A stretch of 40,395 bases of DNA from Thermovirgaceae bacterium. GTDB taxonomy: Bacteria; Synergistota; Synergistia; Synergistales; Thermovirgaceae. Shown here one piece after another: positions 18,614 through 28,931 of the stretch (the stretch's first letter is position 1; the number at the start of each line of letters is the position of its first letter). The stretch spans positions 1-40,395 of the forward strand of contig JBKHBH010000008.1 in the NCBI GenBank assembly GCA_046542505.1. Direction: 5' to 3'. A model generated the notes under the pieces. That model searched no databases. It saw nothing but the letters and a program-made list of their open reading frames with translations, and had not been told where the DNA came from. The position numbers and the translations under genes are program-made.

Positions 18614-19252
18614 ATGCGCATTCGGCGCTTTGCTCTCGGTGCGCTGTGGACCAACGGCTACCTCGTTGTGGATGACGACGGAAGGGGGGTCTTCGTTGAC
18701 CCTGGCGGAGACCCGAAAGAGGTTATGGAATTCATGGAGCAGCAAGGCTTGAAGCTTGAATGGATCTTGCTTACCCACGGTCATGCGGACCATATCTGTG
18801 GTCTCGAAAAGCTGAGACCCCTGGCTCGCTGGGGAGTCGCCGTGCACAGCCTTGACGCGTTCATGCTGGGTTCCCCGGAGCAAAACCTGTCGGCTTTCAT
18901 GCAGGACCGCTGCCTGAGTTTGCCACCGGAGAAAGAGCTTGAAGACGGGGACACGATACATGCGGGCGGGCTTGTCATTTCAGTGATACACACTCCCGGG
19001 CATACGCCCGGAAGCGTCTGTTTTCACGTCAGCGAAGAGGGTGAGGAAGCCTTGCTCTCTGGAGACACCCTTTTTGCCCAGAGCGTGGGAAGGACCGATC
19101 TGCCGGGCGGGGACCAGGGGAAATTGCTCGAGTCGCTTGAAAAAATAGATTCCTTTCCAGATGAACTGGTCGTGTTTCCCGGCCACGGGCCACAATCAAC
19201 AATTGGAACAGAGCGGCGGAAAAATCCTTTCTGGCCTGGTGATGGGAAATGA
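18614..19252 (+). CDS. MBL-fold metallo-hydrolase (YcbL/glyoxalase II-like)
   Basis: 'THGHADH', 'HTPGHTPG', 'SGDTLF', 'PGHG'. Usual position after dtd. Confidence 0.9.
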   Translation: MRIRRFALGALWTNGYLVVDDDGRGVFVDPGGDPKEVMEFMEQQGLKLEWILLTHGHADHICGLEKLRPLARWGVAVHSLDAFMLGSPEQNLSAFMQDRCLSLPPEKELEDGDTIHAGGLVISVIHTPGHTPGSVCFHVSEEGEEALLSGDTLFAQSVGRTDLPGGDQGKLLESLEKIDSFPDELVVFPGHGPQSTIGTERRKNPFWPGDGK

Positions 19253-19920
19253 AAATGTCCGTTGTTCCCGATTGTGACAGGCCGCGGGAACGGCTCTCGA
19301 AGCTGGGGCCCGGATCGCTGTCTCTGCAGGAATTGCTGGCCGTCCTTCTGAGGACGGGCGACAAGAACCGGAGCGTGCTCGAACTCGCAGGGGATTTGCT
19401 TGGCGAATTCGGAAGCCTTGAAAACCTGGCACGGGCATCTTTTTCGGAACTTTGCCGCCTCGGAGGACTCAAGGCGGCGAAAGCCGCCTCTGTTCTGGCC
19501 GCTTTGGAGCTGGCGAGACGAATCAATGCCGAGACACCGTCGGGCGGCGACGTCCCCGTTACCGTGACGGAAGGCCTGAAAGGACGCCTGCACTGGTGGA
19601 GCGTGATGCTCAAGGACGAGGAACGGGAATATATTATCGGCCTCTTTACGGCAAGGGACGGGCGGGTCATTACCGAGGAGCGCCTTTCTTGGGGCGGACT
19701 GGATGGCGCAAGCCTGGACATACGGTATCTCCTTCGGAAAGCCGTCAGGAACGATGCAGAAGGCCTTGCCATATTGCACAATCATCCCGACGGTCAACTC
19801 ACGCCGAGCGTGGAGGATCGACTGCTCACAGATCATCTTCGGGGCAGGCTGGAGGCACTCGGGATCCGCTTTGACGGCCATTACATCGTTGCCGGTGGGA
19901 AAAGCAGCCCTGTTGTATAA
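19249..19920 (+). CDS. radC: RadC family JAB-domain protein
   Basis: 'RPRERL', 'ELLAVLLRTG', 'HNHPDG...PS.ED'. Directly upstream of mreB. Confidence 0.9.
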   Translation: MKMSVVPDCDRPRERLSKLGPGSLSLQELLAVLLRTGDKNRSVLELAGDLLGEFGSLENLARASFSELCRLGGLKAAKAASVLAALELARRINAETPSGGDVPVTVTEGLKGRLHWWSVMLKDEEREYIIGLFTARDGRVITEERLSWGGLDGASLDIRYLLRKAVRNDAEGLAILHNHPDGQLTPSVEDRLLTDHLRGRLEALGIRFDGHYIVAGGKSSPVV

Positions 19921-19959
19921 GTGGTCAGGCAGATATCTTGTGAAAGTTGGTGACGACGG

Positions 19960-21018
19960 GTGTTCGGTTCAATTTCAGGAATGTTCGGAAAGGATGTAGG
20001 CATTGATCTTGGCACGGCGAATATCGTTGTATACCTCAAGGGGAAAGGTGTTGTCTACAATGAACCTTCCGTCATCGCCTGCAGGAAGACTTCCCGGAAG
20101 AGCTCCAAGGAAGTGATCGCCTTCGGTTACGAGGCGAAGGCGATGTTCGGGAAGACTCCGAAAGGTGTAGAAACGGTCAGACCTCTTCAAAACGGAGTCA
20201 TCGCCGATTTTGACATGACTGGAGCGTTGATCCGTCATGTCATAGAAAAGACGACCGGCGGCGGGATAGGGGTTTTCAGTCATCCGCGGGTCATTGTGTG
20301 CGCCCCGGTTTACGTGACCGAGGTCGAACGGAGAGCTTTCATCGACGCCACCCTGGATGGCGGAGCCAGGGAAGCCTATGTCGTCGAAGAACCTGTGGCT
20401 GCCGCTCTGGGAGTAGGGCTTCCCATTCACGAACCCAGGGGGAGCATGATCCTCGATGTCGGAGGAGGAACGAGCGAGGTCGCCGTCCTGTCACTCGGGG
20501 GAGTAGTCGTGAGCAACTCACTGAGAGGTGCGGGAGACGAAATGGACGATGCCATCATAGGATTGATCAGGCAGAAATACACTCTTGTTATCGGATCGTC
20601 CACGGCGGAGGAGATCAAAAACGCCATAGGATCCGCGATCCCGATGGAAAAGGAGAAAATTCTCGAGGTCAGGGGCAGAAATCTCACCGACGGACTGCCG
20701 AAGTCGATCTGCATTTCCAGCGAGGAAGTCAGGGAAGCCATCAACCCGACGGTAACCCGGATCGTCGAAATGGTAAGAGAAACCCTAGAACAGACACCTC
20801 CGGAACTGGCCAGAGACATCGCGGACCAGGGGCTGGTCCTGACGGGTGGTGTCGCCCTTCTGGAAGGGTTTGACCTACGCCTGGCAGATGAACTCAATGC
20901 CCCTGTTGTCAAGGCGGAAAATCCTCTGCATTCAGTGGCAGAAGGCCTTGGGAAGCTTTTGAACGGGATAGATTCCATGAAAAAGGTGCTTGTGACCGTC
21001 GACCATGGAGTCCGATAA
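19960..21018 (+). CDS. mreB: Rod shape-determining protein MreB
   Basis: 'GIDLGTAN', 'RPLQNGVIADF', 'DVGGGT', 'TPPELA', 'LTGG'. Start may be 19960 (GTG) or 19981 (ATG). Confidence 0.96.
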   Translation: MFGSISGMFGKDVGIDLGTANIVVYLKGKGVVYNEPSVIACRKTSRKSSKEVIAFGYEAKAMFGKTPKGVETVRPLQNGVIADFDMTGALIRHVIEKTTGGGIGVFSHPRVIVCAPVYVTEVERRAFIDATLDGGAREAYVVEEPVAAALGVGLPIHEPRGSMILDVGGGTSEVAVLSLGGVVVSNSLRGAGDEMDDAIIGLIRQKYTLVIGSSTAEEIKNAIGSAIPMEKEKILEVRGRNLTDGLPKSICISSEEVREAINPTVTRIVEMVRETLEQTPPELARDIADQGLVLTGGVALLEGFDLRLADELNAPVVKAENPLHSVAEGLGKLLNGIDSMKKVLVTVDHGVR

Positions 21019-21066
21019 AAGGTTTTTCCGTGGTTTCAAAAACAGGACATCGGAGGTGACGGCCTG

Positions 21067-21846
21067 TTGAAACCGGAAGCGTCGAAAGCCTTGCACGGCG
21101 TAATCACGGTGGCCGTCGGACTCCTGCTGATAGCCTTTTTGTCAGGAAATCCGGCGGTGTATCGTGTTATGGACATAACGGAAGCCGTCCTTTCCTGGCC
21201 CGAGTTCCCCGCCGCTGCGACTCGAGCAGGTGTTCAACGGGTCGTTTCCTGGTTTGCAGACACCTCGAGATTGCAGGAGGAAATCGGGGAATTGCGAAAG
21301 GAAAACCTGCATCTCAGACAGATTGTCCAGCAATCCTTGCTGGATGTACCTTCTTCTGCTGAAGAGCCTAATGTGCTACCGGCGATGGTTACCCTCAGAA
21401 GGCCCGTGGACTGGTGGAAGGAAATCAAAATCGACAAGGGGAGCACCGACGAAGTAGAAGAAGGCATGGCTGTCCTGCAGAATGGATTCCTGGCGGGACG
21501 CGTATCAGGGGTCAGTGGCGGTTCATCGAGGGTGGAACTTTTGACATCTCCATCCCTCATGATCCCGGCCGTTGTGGAAAAGACAAGGGATCTCGGTGTC
21601 ATTGCCGGCGATGGCGAAGGAGGGATCCGGCTTTTATATGTCCCCCTGGAAAATCTTCTTTCGCCGGGGATGCAGCTCAGTTCGACGTTGGTCAGCGAGC
21701 ATCTGGCGCCGGGACTGCCGATCGGGGAAGTGGGCGAGCCTGTTGGAACAGTCGGAGGATACCGGGTTTATTCGGTGGTTCCTGGTGCCGAGTTTTCACG
21801 GCTTTACCGGGTACAGGTCTGCGTGCAAAAGGAAGGTTCACAGTGA
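21067..21846 (+). CDS. mreC: Rod shape-determining protein MreC
   Basis: N-terminal TM, coiled coil 'ELRKENLHL', 'IDKGS', 'LAGRV', 'PGLPIG'. TTG start behind GGAGGT. Confidence 0.9.
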   Translation: MKPEASKALHGVITVAVGLLLIAFLSGNPAVYRVMDITEAVLSWPEFPAAATRAGVQRVVSWFADTSRLQEEIGELRKENLHLRQIVQQSLLDVPSSAEEPNVLPAMVTLRRPVDWWKEIKIDKGSTDEVEEGMAVLQNGFLAGRVSGVSGGSSRVELLTSPSLMIPAVVEKTRDLGVIAGDGEGGIRLLYVPLENLLSPGMQLSSTLVSEHLAPGLPIGEVGEPVGTVGGYRVYSVVPGAEFSRLYRVQVCVQKEGSQ

Positions 21847-22307
21847 TAGCGGCTGCGCTTCTCTGGTATGTTCAGGATATCCTCCAGGTCTTGATGGAAG
21901 GATGGGGGTATGCACCGGACCTTTTTCTCTTTTACCTCCTCTTTCGATGTTCGAAAATGCCTGAGGACGAGACAATGTGGATATGGACGGCCTTTTTGGG
22001 GGGGCTCATCTGGGATTTTCGATGGTCCGGACTTTTCGGTCTGAATGCGGGAGCGTACGGCGGCATTTTTACCCTTGTCCTGGTGCTCTGGAAAAGGATA
22101 CCCTTTACGGGACGCTCTCAATGGGTCCTTATGGGTTTTCTGGCCGGAGCCCACGGGGTGATTTCCCTTTCAAGAATCCTTTTTTTTGGTATCGCCTCGA
22201 AAGAGGTGGCTTTCGCCTTTATCGTTCAGCTGCTGACAGTGGTACCCGTCATCTTCATCCTAGGGTTTGTTTTCGCGTCCCATGGAGAGAAGAGAAATGT
22301 CGGCTAG
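21843..22307 (+). CDS. mreD: Rod shape-determining protein MreD (divergent)
   Basis: About 154-aa hydrophobic protein with 'PDL', 'GLIWD', 'FGL'. Lies between mreC and mrdA; GTGA overlap with mreC. Confidence 0.75.
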   Translation: MIAAALLWYVQDILQVLMEGWGYAPDLFLFYLLFRCSKMPEDETMWIWTAFLGGLIWDFRWSGLFGLNAGAYGGIFTLVLVLWKRIPFTGRSQWVLMGFLAGAHGVISLSRILFFGIASKEVAFAFIVQLLTVVPVIFILGFVFASHGEKRNVG

Positions 22308-24021
22308 CGGGGTATCAAAAGGGCAACGGCTTCTCATCCTTCGGTGGATTGTCCTTTTCTCCCTCTTTTTACTGGTATTCGGGCTGTACAGGTTTCAGGT
22401 AACCCAGGCGGACAAGTACATTCGTCTGGCATCGGAAAACCGGCTCAGATTCATTCGTCTCCCCGCTTCGAGGGGTGATATCCTTGATGCCAACGGGACA
22501 CCTCTCGCGACGAATGTCAAAACCTTCAATTTGATGGGGTATCCCCTGGATCTCAGGCGAGAGGGCCGGATGGGGGATATCGTGGATTTTTTTGCGCGGC
22601 AGGGTATTCCCATAGAACGGGATGTCCTCCAGACCATCGTCGACAGGCAATACAATGTCCCTTATAATGCCGTGACGATCTTGCCGAATCTCACCATGGC
22701 ACAGATCGCGACCATGGTCAGCGATCCGGAATTCCCGGAATATCTCTTTCCGTTGCCTGTTTCGCGGAGAGTGTATCCCTCGGGACCGCTGGTCTCCCAT
22801 ATCGTCGGGTATGTGGGTGAGGTGACGAAAGAAGGGCTGGAAAAGCTTCCCCCCGGCGCTTACAGGGGGGGTGACATCATCGGAAAGGGTGGTATAGAGC
22901 AGTTCTACGAGGAAAGGCTGCGCGGGTCGGCCGGCGAGGAATCCATCGAGGTCGATGCGAGCGGCAGGAGGGTTCAGGTCCTTGACCGGAAGGAACCGGT
23001 TTCGGGCCAGACAATCCAGTTGACCATCGATTTCGGGGCACAAAACCTGGCGGCGGACCTCTTGGGAGACAGACGGGGTGCGGTTTTTGCTATGGATGTA
23101 CGTACCGGCGATGTCAAGGTTCTCTACAGCTCCCCAACCTTTGACATGAATCCCCTGGCATGGGGTGTTTCTTCCCGTGAGTGGAGTCGCCTCGTCAACG
23201 ATGAGGACAGGCCGATGATGAACCGGGTCATCAACGGGACGTACCCTCCAGGGTCAACACACAAGGTGTTGACCCTTTATGCGGCGCTTTCAGAGGGGGT
23301 CATCACCGAGAGGACCACGTTCCGGTGCAATGGAGCCTTTCGTCTCGGCGACAGGGTTTTCAGGTGCTGGAAACGGACAGGGCATGGCACGGTGGATATT
23401 ACCGAATCCCTGAAAGATTCCTGTGACGTGTACCTTTACCAGGCAGGCCTTAAGGCGGGTATCGACGCCCTTGTCCAATTGGGAAGGCGGTTTGGATTTG
23501 GAGCGCAGACGGGGATAGACCTCCCGGGGGAAGTCTCTGGCATCGTGGCGGGCAGGGAGTGGAAAAGGCGGAACATCGGCGAAAAGTGGTACCCTGGAGA
23601 CACTGTAAACTATTCGATCGGGCAGGGATTTATCCTGGTGACTCCGATACAGACGGCCGTCATGTATGCGGCTCTTGCGAATGGCGGTACACTGGTACGA
23701 CCGAGGCTCGTTCAAGAAAGACCGAAAGAGGAGCAACGCCTTGACCTGTCTGAAAAATACCTGAAAATCCTGAGAAAGGGCTTGCGGGAAGTCGTAAAAG
23801 GCGGCACCGGCAAACCGGCCGACGGCTTCGGCGTCGATATTTCGGGCAAGACCGGAACAGCCCAGAATCCGCACGGAGAGGACCATGCCTGGTTCGTGGG
23901 GTATGCGCCTGCGGAGGACCCGAAATATGTGGCTATCGTCCTTGTTGAAGGCGGAGGAAAGGGCAGTAGTACGGCAGGACCGCTTGTAGGCAGAATGCTG
24001 GCCTACCTGTGCCGCCGCTGA
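22297..24021 (+). CDS. mrdA: Penicillin-binding protein 2
   Basis: 'RGDILD', 'IGKGGIE', SxxK 'PPGSTHK', 'SCD', 'KTGTAQ', 'HAWF'. Confidence 0.95.
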   Translation: MSASGVSKGQRLLILRWIVLFSLFLLVFGLYRFQVTQADKYIRLASENRLRFIRLPASRGDILDANGTPLATNVKTFNLMGYPLDLRREGRMGDIVDFFARQGIPIERDVLQTIVDRQYNVPYNAVTILPNLTMAQIATMVSDPEFPEYLFPLPVSRRVYPSGPLVSHIVGYVGEVTKEGLEKLPPGAYRGGDIIGKGGIEQFYEERLRGSAGEESIEVDASGRRVQVLDRKEPVSGQTIQLTIDFGAQNLAADLLGDRRGAVFAMDVRTGDVKVLYSSPTFDMNPLAWGVSSREWSRLVNDEDRPMMNRVINGTYPPGSTHKVLTLYAALSEGVITERTTFRCNGAFRLGDRVFRCWKRTGHGTVDITESLKDSCDVYLYQAGLKAGIDALVQLGRRFGFGAQTGIDLPGEVSGIVAGREWKRRNIGEKWYPGDTVNYSIGQGFILVTPIQTAVMYAALANGGTLVRPRLVQERPKEEQRLDLSEKYLKILRKGLREVVKGGTGKPADGFGVDISGKTGTAQNPHGEDHAWFVGYAPAEDPKYVAIVLVEGGGKGSSTAGPLVGRMLAYLCRR

Positions 24022-24059
24022 AACTGTCCGGGACGAAAGAAGACGAAAAGGTGATACAC

Positions 24060-24740
24060 ATGACTGACAAAGATCAACCCATTCTGAAAGGCGAGCGGGG
24101 ATGCTTGCGACTTATCGTGCCTGAAGGCGTAGAGAACGGGAATATACCGGGTGTCATGAAAAAGGCTCTGGAAGATGCGGGGAAGCTGGTTGAGGGGGCG
24201 ACGTTGATCCTGGATTTTCAGGGACGGGCCCTTTCCGGCGAACTTGTGATGGAGATCCTTGAAACCGTCCTCCTGCCGAGATCCGTCACGGTAAGGGAAT
24301 GGCGCACCTTTGACGGCAAATCCCAGGAGATCCTGAAAAAGATGGGACTCAGGACGTTTGAAAAGGATCCCCAGGAAAGAAAGGGACCTGCGGGTTTTTT
24401 GAAGAACATTCCCTCGCCGGCTTTGATCCTGCACAGGTCGCTTCGCTCGGGCCAGCGGGTGGAGCATGACGGTGATATCATTATTATCGGAAATGTCAAC
24501 GAAGGCGCGGAAGTTTATGGAACCGGATCGATTTGCATATGGGGACGTCTCTGCGGTCTCGCCCATGCCGGATGTTCCGGCGATGAATCCGTCGCCGTAG
24601 TGGCAGGGCATTTTATTGCCAATCAGGTAAGGATCGGTGAGAAAATCTGTTACCTTGATGTAAAAGCACCCTGGTGGGGGAAACCTGTTCGCATGGTGGT
24701 AAAAGGTGATGAAATTGTCGTTGATGAAGTCGCCTTTTGA
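24060..24740 (+). CDS. minC: Septum site-determining protein MinC
   Basis: 'SLRSGQ', 'GNVNEGAEV', 'G.L.GLAHAG'. Start set at ATG 24060 behind AAGGTGA. Confidence 0.93.
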   Translation: MTDKDQPILKGERGCLRLIVPEGVENGNIPGVMKKALEDAGKLVEGATLILDFQGRALSGELVMEILETVLLPRSVTVREWRTFDGKSQEILKKMGLRTFEKDPQERKGPAGFLKNIPSPALILHRSLRSGQRVEHDGDIIIIGNVNEGAEVYGTGSICIWGRLCGLAHAGCSGDESVAVVAGHFIANQVRIGEKICYLDVKAPWWGKPVRMVVKGDEIVVDEVAF

Positions 24741-24816
24741 TGGAAGATGGACCACTTTTAAACAGAAGAAATGCCTGTCGGTTGAAAAAGACAGTTCCTG
24801 GACGGGGGGATCTTGA

Positions 24817-25617
24817 TTGGATACGCGAATAATTGTTGTCACGTCGGGGAAAGGCGGTGTCGGGAAGACCACGGTCACGGCGAACCTTTCCGCCAGCATC
24901 GCCAAGGAAGGATATTCCGTAGTGGCCGTGGACGGCGATATCGGACTCCGGAACCTTGATGTCGTCATGGGACTTGAAAACCGCATTGTCTACAATCTGG
25001 TCGATGTGGTTGAAAACGGATGCCGTCTTCAGCAGGCGCTGGTGAGAGACAAGCGCGTCGAGAACCTTTACCTCCTTCCGGCGGCCCAGACACGGACGAA
25101 GGAATCCGTCTCGGCGGACCAGATGCGTTTCTTGTGCGATTCACTGAGGGGATCCTTCGATTTTGTCTTCGTTGACAGTCCCGCCGGTATCGAGTCGGGA
25201 TTCAGGAATGCCGCCCTGTGTGCCGATGAAGCTCTGGTAGTCGCCACGCCGGAAGTGTCTTCCGTCAGGGACGCGGACAGGATTATAGGGTTGCTCGAAG
25301 CCGACGGCAAAGAGAACATCAACCTGATCGTCAACAGGTTCAGGCAAGGCATGGTCAGCAAGGGAAACATGCTTGACGTCACTGACGTAAGCGAGGTCCT
25401 TGCCGTGAAACTCATCGGAGTTATCCCGGAAGATGATTCCGTTGTCATATCCACAAACAGGGGGGAACCCCTCTCCATGAGTTTCCAGTCTCCAGCCGCC
25501 AAGGCCTTCAAGGATATTGCAGACCGTCTCCTCGGAAAGGATGTCCCCCTTTCGCTCCCACAGAATGAAGACGGCCGTGGCTTTTTCGCCGGCCTTCGTA
25601 AAATGTTCAGGCTATAG
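24817..25617 (+). CDS. minD: Septum site-determining ATPase MinD
   Basis: 'TSGKGGVGKTT', 'DIGLRNLD', 'DSPAGIE', C-terminal amphipathic helix 'FFAGLRKMFRL'. Confidence 0.97.
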   Translation: MDTRIIVVTSGKGGVGKTTVTANLSASIAKEGYSVVAVDGDIGLRNLDVVMGLENRIVYNLVDVVENGCRLQQALVRDKRVENLYLLPAAQTRTKESVSADQMRFLCDSLRGSFDFVFVDSPAGIESGFRNAALCADEALVVATPEVSSVRDADRIIGLLEADGKENINLIVNRFRQGMVSKGNMLDVTDVSEVLAVKLIGVIPEDDSVVISTNRGEPLSMSFQSPAAKAFKDIADRLLGKDVPLSLPQNEDGRGFFAGLRKMFRL

Positions 25618-25631
25618 GTATCGGAAGGAGC

Positions 25632-25967
25632 ATGACGATGGGTTTTCTTTCACGCTTTTTCAAGGTTGGGAATTCGAGGAAAGACGCAAAGGAGCGGCTC
25701 CAGGTCGTTCTGATCCATGACAGGGCCGACATCTCAGCGGGAATGATGGAATCCCTTCGGCGGGACATTATTTCCGTCATAAGCAATTACATGGATATCT
25801 CCGAAGAGGGGATTGAACTGCAGCTTGAAAAAGACCGGAGCTCCGTTGCTCTTGTGGCGAACATTCCCGTCCTCAGGGTGAAGCGGCCGAAGGGGGATGC
25901 CGCAGATGTAAAGGAAAAGGCACCGAAGGGAGACAGGAAAAAAAGGAGCTCAAACCGCAGGAAATGA
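25632..25967 (+). CDS. minE: Cell division topological specificity factor MinE
   Basis: 'AKERLQVVLIHDR', 'VISNY', 'LVANIP'. Start may be 25632 or 25638. Confidence 0.95.
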   Translation: MTMGFLSRFFKVGNSRKDAKERLQVVLIHDRADISAGMMESLRRDIISVISNYMDISEEGIELQLEKDRSSVALVANIPVLRVKRPKGDAADVKEKAPKGDRKKRSSNRRK

Positions 25968-27100
25968 CGGAAATCAGGGAGCTTTTGGCAAGGGAAATTG
26001 GCCGGCTCAAGAATATGGATCTCATGATCGTCCTGCCGGCGGTTCTCCTTTTTTTTGTCGGGCTGGTGACTATTTTTAGTGCGACTGCCGGGAAAGGCGG
26101 CGTTTCGGGAACGCTTGTCTACCGTCAGGTCCTTTGGGGAATTGTAGCCCTGATCGTGTTCTTCGTCGTTTTCTGCATAGGGCACGAACGCTTTTTCAAC
26201 TGGTCCGTCGTTTTATACGGGGCGGTTCTTCTTGTGCTTTTTCTCGTGTTTGCGATGGGGACGGTAACACGGGGGGCCCATAGCTGGATAAATGTTGGGC
26301 GCTTTCTCAATATCGGCGCGGTGAACCTTCAGCCCTCCGAGGGAGGGAAAGTTGCACTGGCCCTGATTCTTTCAACCTGGCTGTACCGTTATCCACCCGT
26401 CGAGATGCGAAGGTTTTTGGGAAGCCTGGCATTGGCGGCAGCCGGCGGGGGACTTGTCCTTCTTCAGCCCGATCTCGGAACAGCCATCGTGTACGGCGCG
26501 ATAACCATCGCGGCGCTTTTTGCCGCCGGAACCCCGAGGAAATACCTCATCGGCACGGCTCTCTGCGGCCTTTTTGCCCTCCCTTTGGGGTGGACACTGC
26601 TCAAGGAATACCAGAAACTCCGACTTTTGGTTTTCCTGAATCCGTATCTGGACCCCCTTGGAGCCGGGTACAACGTGATACAGTCGCGAATCGCCGTCGG
26701 AGCCGGCGGGCTTTTAGGCAAGGGTTTTCTCCAGGGGACACAGAGCAAGCTGCGTTTTCTCCCGGAGCCTCATACCGATTTTGTTTTCAGCGTTTTTGCA
26801 GAGGAGTTCGGCTTCATCGGCGCCGTCATCGTGATTGCTCTCTTCGGCCTGTTGCTCTGGAGGCTCATAAGCACGGGGATACGATCGAAAGATGTTCGGG
26901 CGAAGATCCTTGTAGCAGGCATCACAGGCTGGTTCTGGTTCCAGATTGTCGAATGTATCGCAATGAGCATGGGCCTTGCGCCCGTCACCGGTCTGCCGCT
27001 GCCCTTTATTTCCTACGGAGGAAGCGCCCTGGTGTCCGTTTCTGCAGCGCTGGGGCTTGTGCAGAGTATTTTTGCCTCGACACGGAAACAATACCGCTGA
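25964..27100 (+). CDS. rodA: Rod shape-determining protein RodA (SEDS family)
   Basis: 'LQPSE', 'QPDLGT', 'GAGYNVIQS', 'LPEPHTDF', 'LPFISYGGS'. Confidence 0.95.
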   Translation: MTEIRELLAREIGRLKNMDLMIVLPAVLLFFVGLVTIFSATAGKGGVSGTLVYRQVLWGIVALIVFFVVFCIGHERFFNWSVVLYGAVLLVLFLVFAMGTVTRGAHSWINVGRFLNIGAVNLQPSEGGKVALALILSTWLYRYPPVEMRRFLGSLALAAAGGGLVLLQPDLGTAIVYGAITIAALFAAGTPRKYLIGTALCGLFALPLGWTLLKEYQKLRLLVFLNPYLDPLGAGYNVIQSRIAVGAGGLLGKGFLQGTQSKLRFLPEPHTDFVFSVFAEEFGFIGAVIVIALFGLLLWRLISTGIRSKDVRAKILVAGITGWFWFQIVECIAMSMGLAPVTGLPLPFISYGGSALVSVSAALGLVQSIFASTRKQYR

Positions 27101-27122
27101 ATGGAACCACGGAGGTTCTTTT

Positions 27123-28931
27123 ATGGAGTTTGCCGAACGCTTTGATCCGATGCGGCCACTTTTGAGTCGTGTCAAGAAACCTTTTCGATATATCGGGTGC
27201 GACTGGAAAGGCTCGGCGGAGGGCCTGGAAGACAAAAAGACGACCCTTTGCCTGGCCTTTCCCGACACCTATGAAGTGGGAATGAGCTACCTGGGGTTCC
27301 AGATCCTCCATTCCCTGGCTCACAGGATTCCCGAAACGGGGGTGGACAGATGTTACTGCCCATGGCCAGACATGGAGGCGGAACTGAAGAATGCCTCCAT
27401 GCCGCTTTGTGCGCTCGACTCGGGGAAACCCCTGAGCCGGTTCAATCTCATCGGTTTCACCCTCCAGTATGAACTGACGGTGACGAACCTCCTTACGATG
27501 CTTGATCTTGGCGGCATCCCCATCAGAAGCGAAAACAGACGCCCAGGCAGCCCGATTATCGCCGCTGGCGGCCCGGGGGCCCTGACACCCGAACCGCTAG
27601 CTCCTTTTATCGATGTTTTCTGCCTCGGCGACGGGGAAATCCTCCTGCCGGAACTGCTTGAGGTTTGCCGTTCGTGCGGTAACGACCGTATTGCAGTATT
27701 GGACGAATTGTCGCGTCGCGAGGGTTTTTACATCCCTGTATCCGGCGCGGGAAAAAAGGAAGGAACCGTTCCCGTGGGACCTTTTCGGAAACAGGTCGTC
27801 AAAGACCTCGACGAGGCCTTTGTCCCGGACACGATGGTTGTTCCGGCTTCGGGCATCGTCCACGACAGGGCGGCTGTGGAACTTTTCAGAGGATGCACCC
27901 GGGGGTGCCGGTTCTGTCAGGCGGGCATGATGTATCGACCCCTGAGGGAACGTTCTCCGGGAAAGGTTGCCGATGCTGCCAGAAGACTAGTGGACAACAC
28001 GGGTTGGGAGGAACTTGGCCTGATTTCCCTCGCTTCTTGCGATTACTCCGGCCTCGAGGAAGTAATCGCGGAGCTTGGACCTTTTCTCGAAGAGAGGAGG
28101 GTAAACCTGAGTCTTCCGAGCCTGAGGATGGACGGTTTCTCCGTGGGGCTTGCAAAGCGGCTCAGGACCATGGGTCGTGGAGGCCTGACCTTTGCTCCCG
28201 AAGCGGGAACGCAGAGATTACGGAACGTGATCAACAAGGGAGTTGCCGATGAAGACATCGAAAGGACATTTGATGAGGTCTTCCGGCAGGGGTGGGAGAG
28301 GATAAAGCTATATTTCATGATGGGCCTTCCGACGGAACGCGAGGAGGATCTCAAGGGCATTATCGGAACGGGACGTCTGGCAAAACAAATCGCGAAGAGG
28401 TACGGAAAGAGGGCAAAGGTGTCACTCTCCGTGGCGGGTTTCGTCCCCAAGCCGCACACGCCCTTTCAGTGGGAGCCCCAGGATACGAGGCGCGAATTGT
28501 ACCAAAAAGGCACATCCTTGAAGCGGGAAGCGAAAGGCAACGGATTCAGGCTGAACTATCATGACCCGGACCAGTCCTTTCTGGAGGCGGCCATAGCCCT
28601 TGGCGGAAGGGAAGTATCGAAAGCCATTGAAATGGCATGGAGAAAGGGGGCCCGCTTTGACGGCTGGACGGAATGTTTCGATATCGGCGTCTGGGAGTCT
28701 GCTTTTGAAGAATGCGGACTCGATCCCAAAAACTGGGTCAGCCGGCCCCGATTTCCGGAAGCAGTTCTTCCGTGGGACCACATCGACGTGGGTGTCTCAA
28801 AAGAATTCCTCCTTCGGGAACGGGAACTTGCCCGGGTAGAAGCCTTGACTGGCGACTGCAGGTGGGGGGAATGTCATGCCTGCGGCTGGCAGGACAGGGG
28901 ATGCGCCCTTTCGGGGAGGCCTGAAGGATGA
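27123..28931 (+). CDS. TIGR03960-like radical SAM protein
   Basis: 'AFPDTYEVGMS', 'RGCTRGCRFC', 'LTFAPEAG', 'KLYFMMGLP', 'PKPHTPFQW', C-terminal 'DCR..ECHACG'. ATG 27123 behind GGAGG. Confidence 0.9.
   Translation: MEFAERFDPMRPLLSRVKKPFRYIGCDWKGSAEGLEDKKTTLCLAFPDTYEVGMSYLGFQILHSLAHRIPETGVDRCYCPWPDMEAELKNASMPLCALDSGKPLSRFNLIGFTLQYELTVTNLLTMLDLGGIPIRSENRRPGSPIIAAGGPGALTPEPLAPFIDVFCLGDGEILLPELLEVCRSCGNDRIAVLDELSRREGFYIPVSGAGKKEGTVPVGPFRKQVVKDLDEAFVPDTMVVPASGIVHDRAAVELFRGCTRGCRFCQAGMMYRPLRERSPGKVADAARRLVDNTGWEELGLISLASCDYSGLEEVIAELGPFLEERRVNLSLPSLRMDGFSVGLAKRLRTMGRGGLTFAPEAGTQRLRNVINKGVADEDIERTFDEVFRQGWERIKLYFMMGLPTEREEDLKGIIGTGRLAKQIAKRYGKRAKVSLSVAGFVPKPHTPFQWEPQDTRRELYQKGTSLKREAKGNGFRLNYHDPDQSFLEAAIALGGREVSKAIEMAWRKGARFDGWTECFDIGVWESAFEECGLDPKNWVSRPRFPEAVLPWDHIDVGVSKEFLLRERELARVEALTGDCRWGECHACGWQDRGCALSGRPEG

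Noticed and set aside
19249..19920. radC as a marker of a mobile element
   Set aside because: It is the full-length form in its usual chromosomal position before mreB, with no integrase, att-like repeats or evident composition shift.
19938..19955. TTGTGAA upstream of mreB as a Rex operator
   Set aside because: Only one arm of the TTGTGAA-N4-TTCACAA palindrome is present.
21414..21842. Long N-terminal extensions from the ORF track (mreD here; also hppA, rex, both radical SAM genes and minC)
   Set aside because: They overlap upstream genes or leaders and lack an RBS. Downstream starts have a good SD or a stop/start overlap, and match family N-termini.
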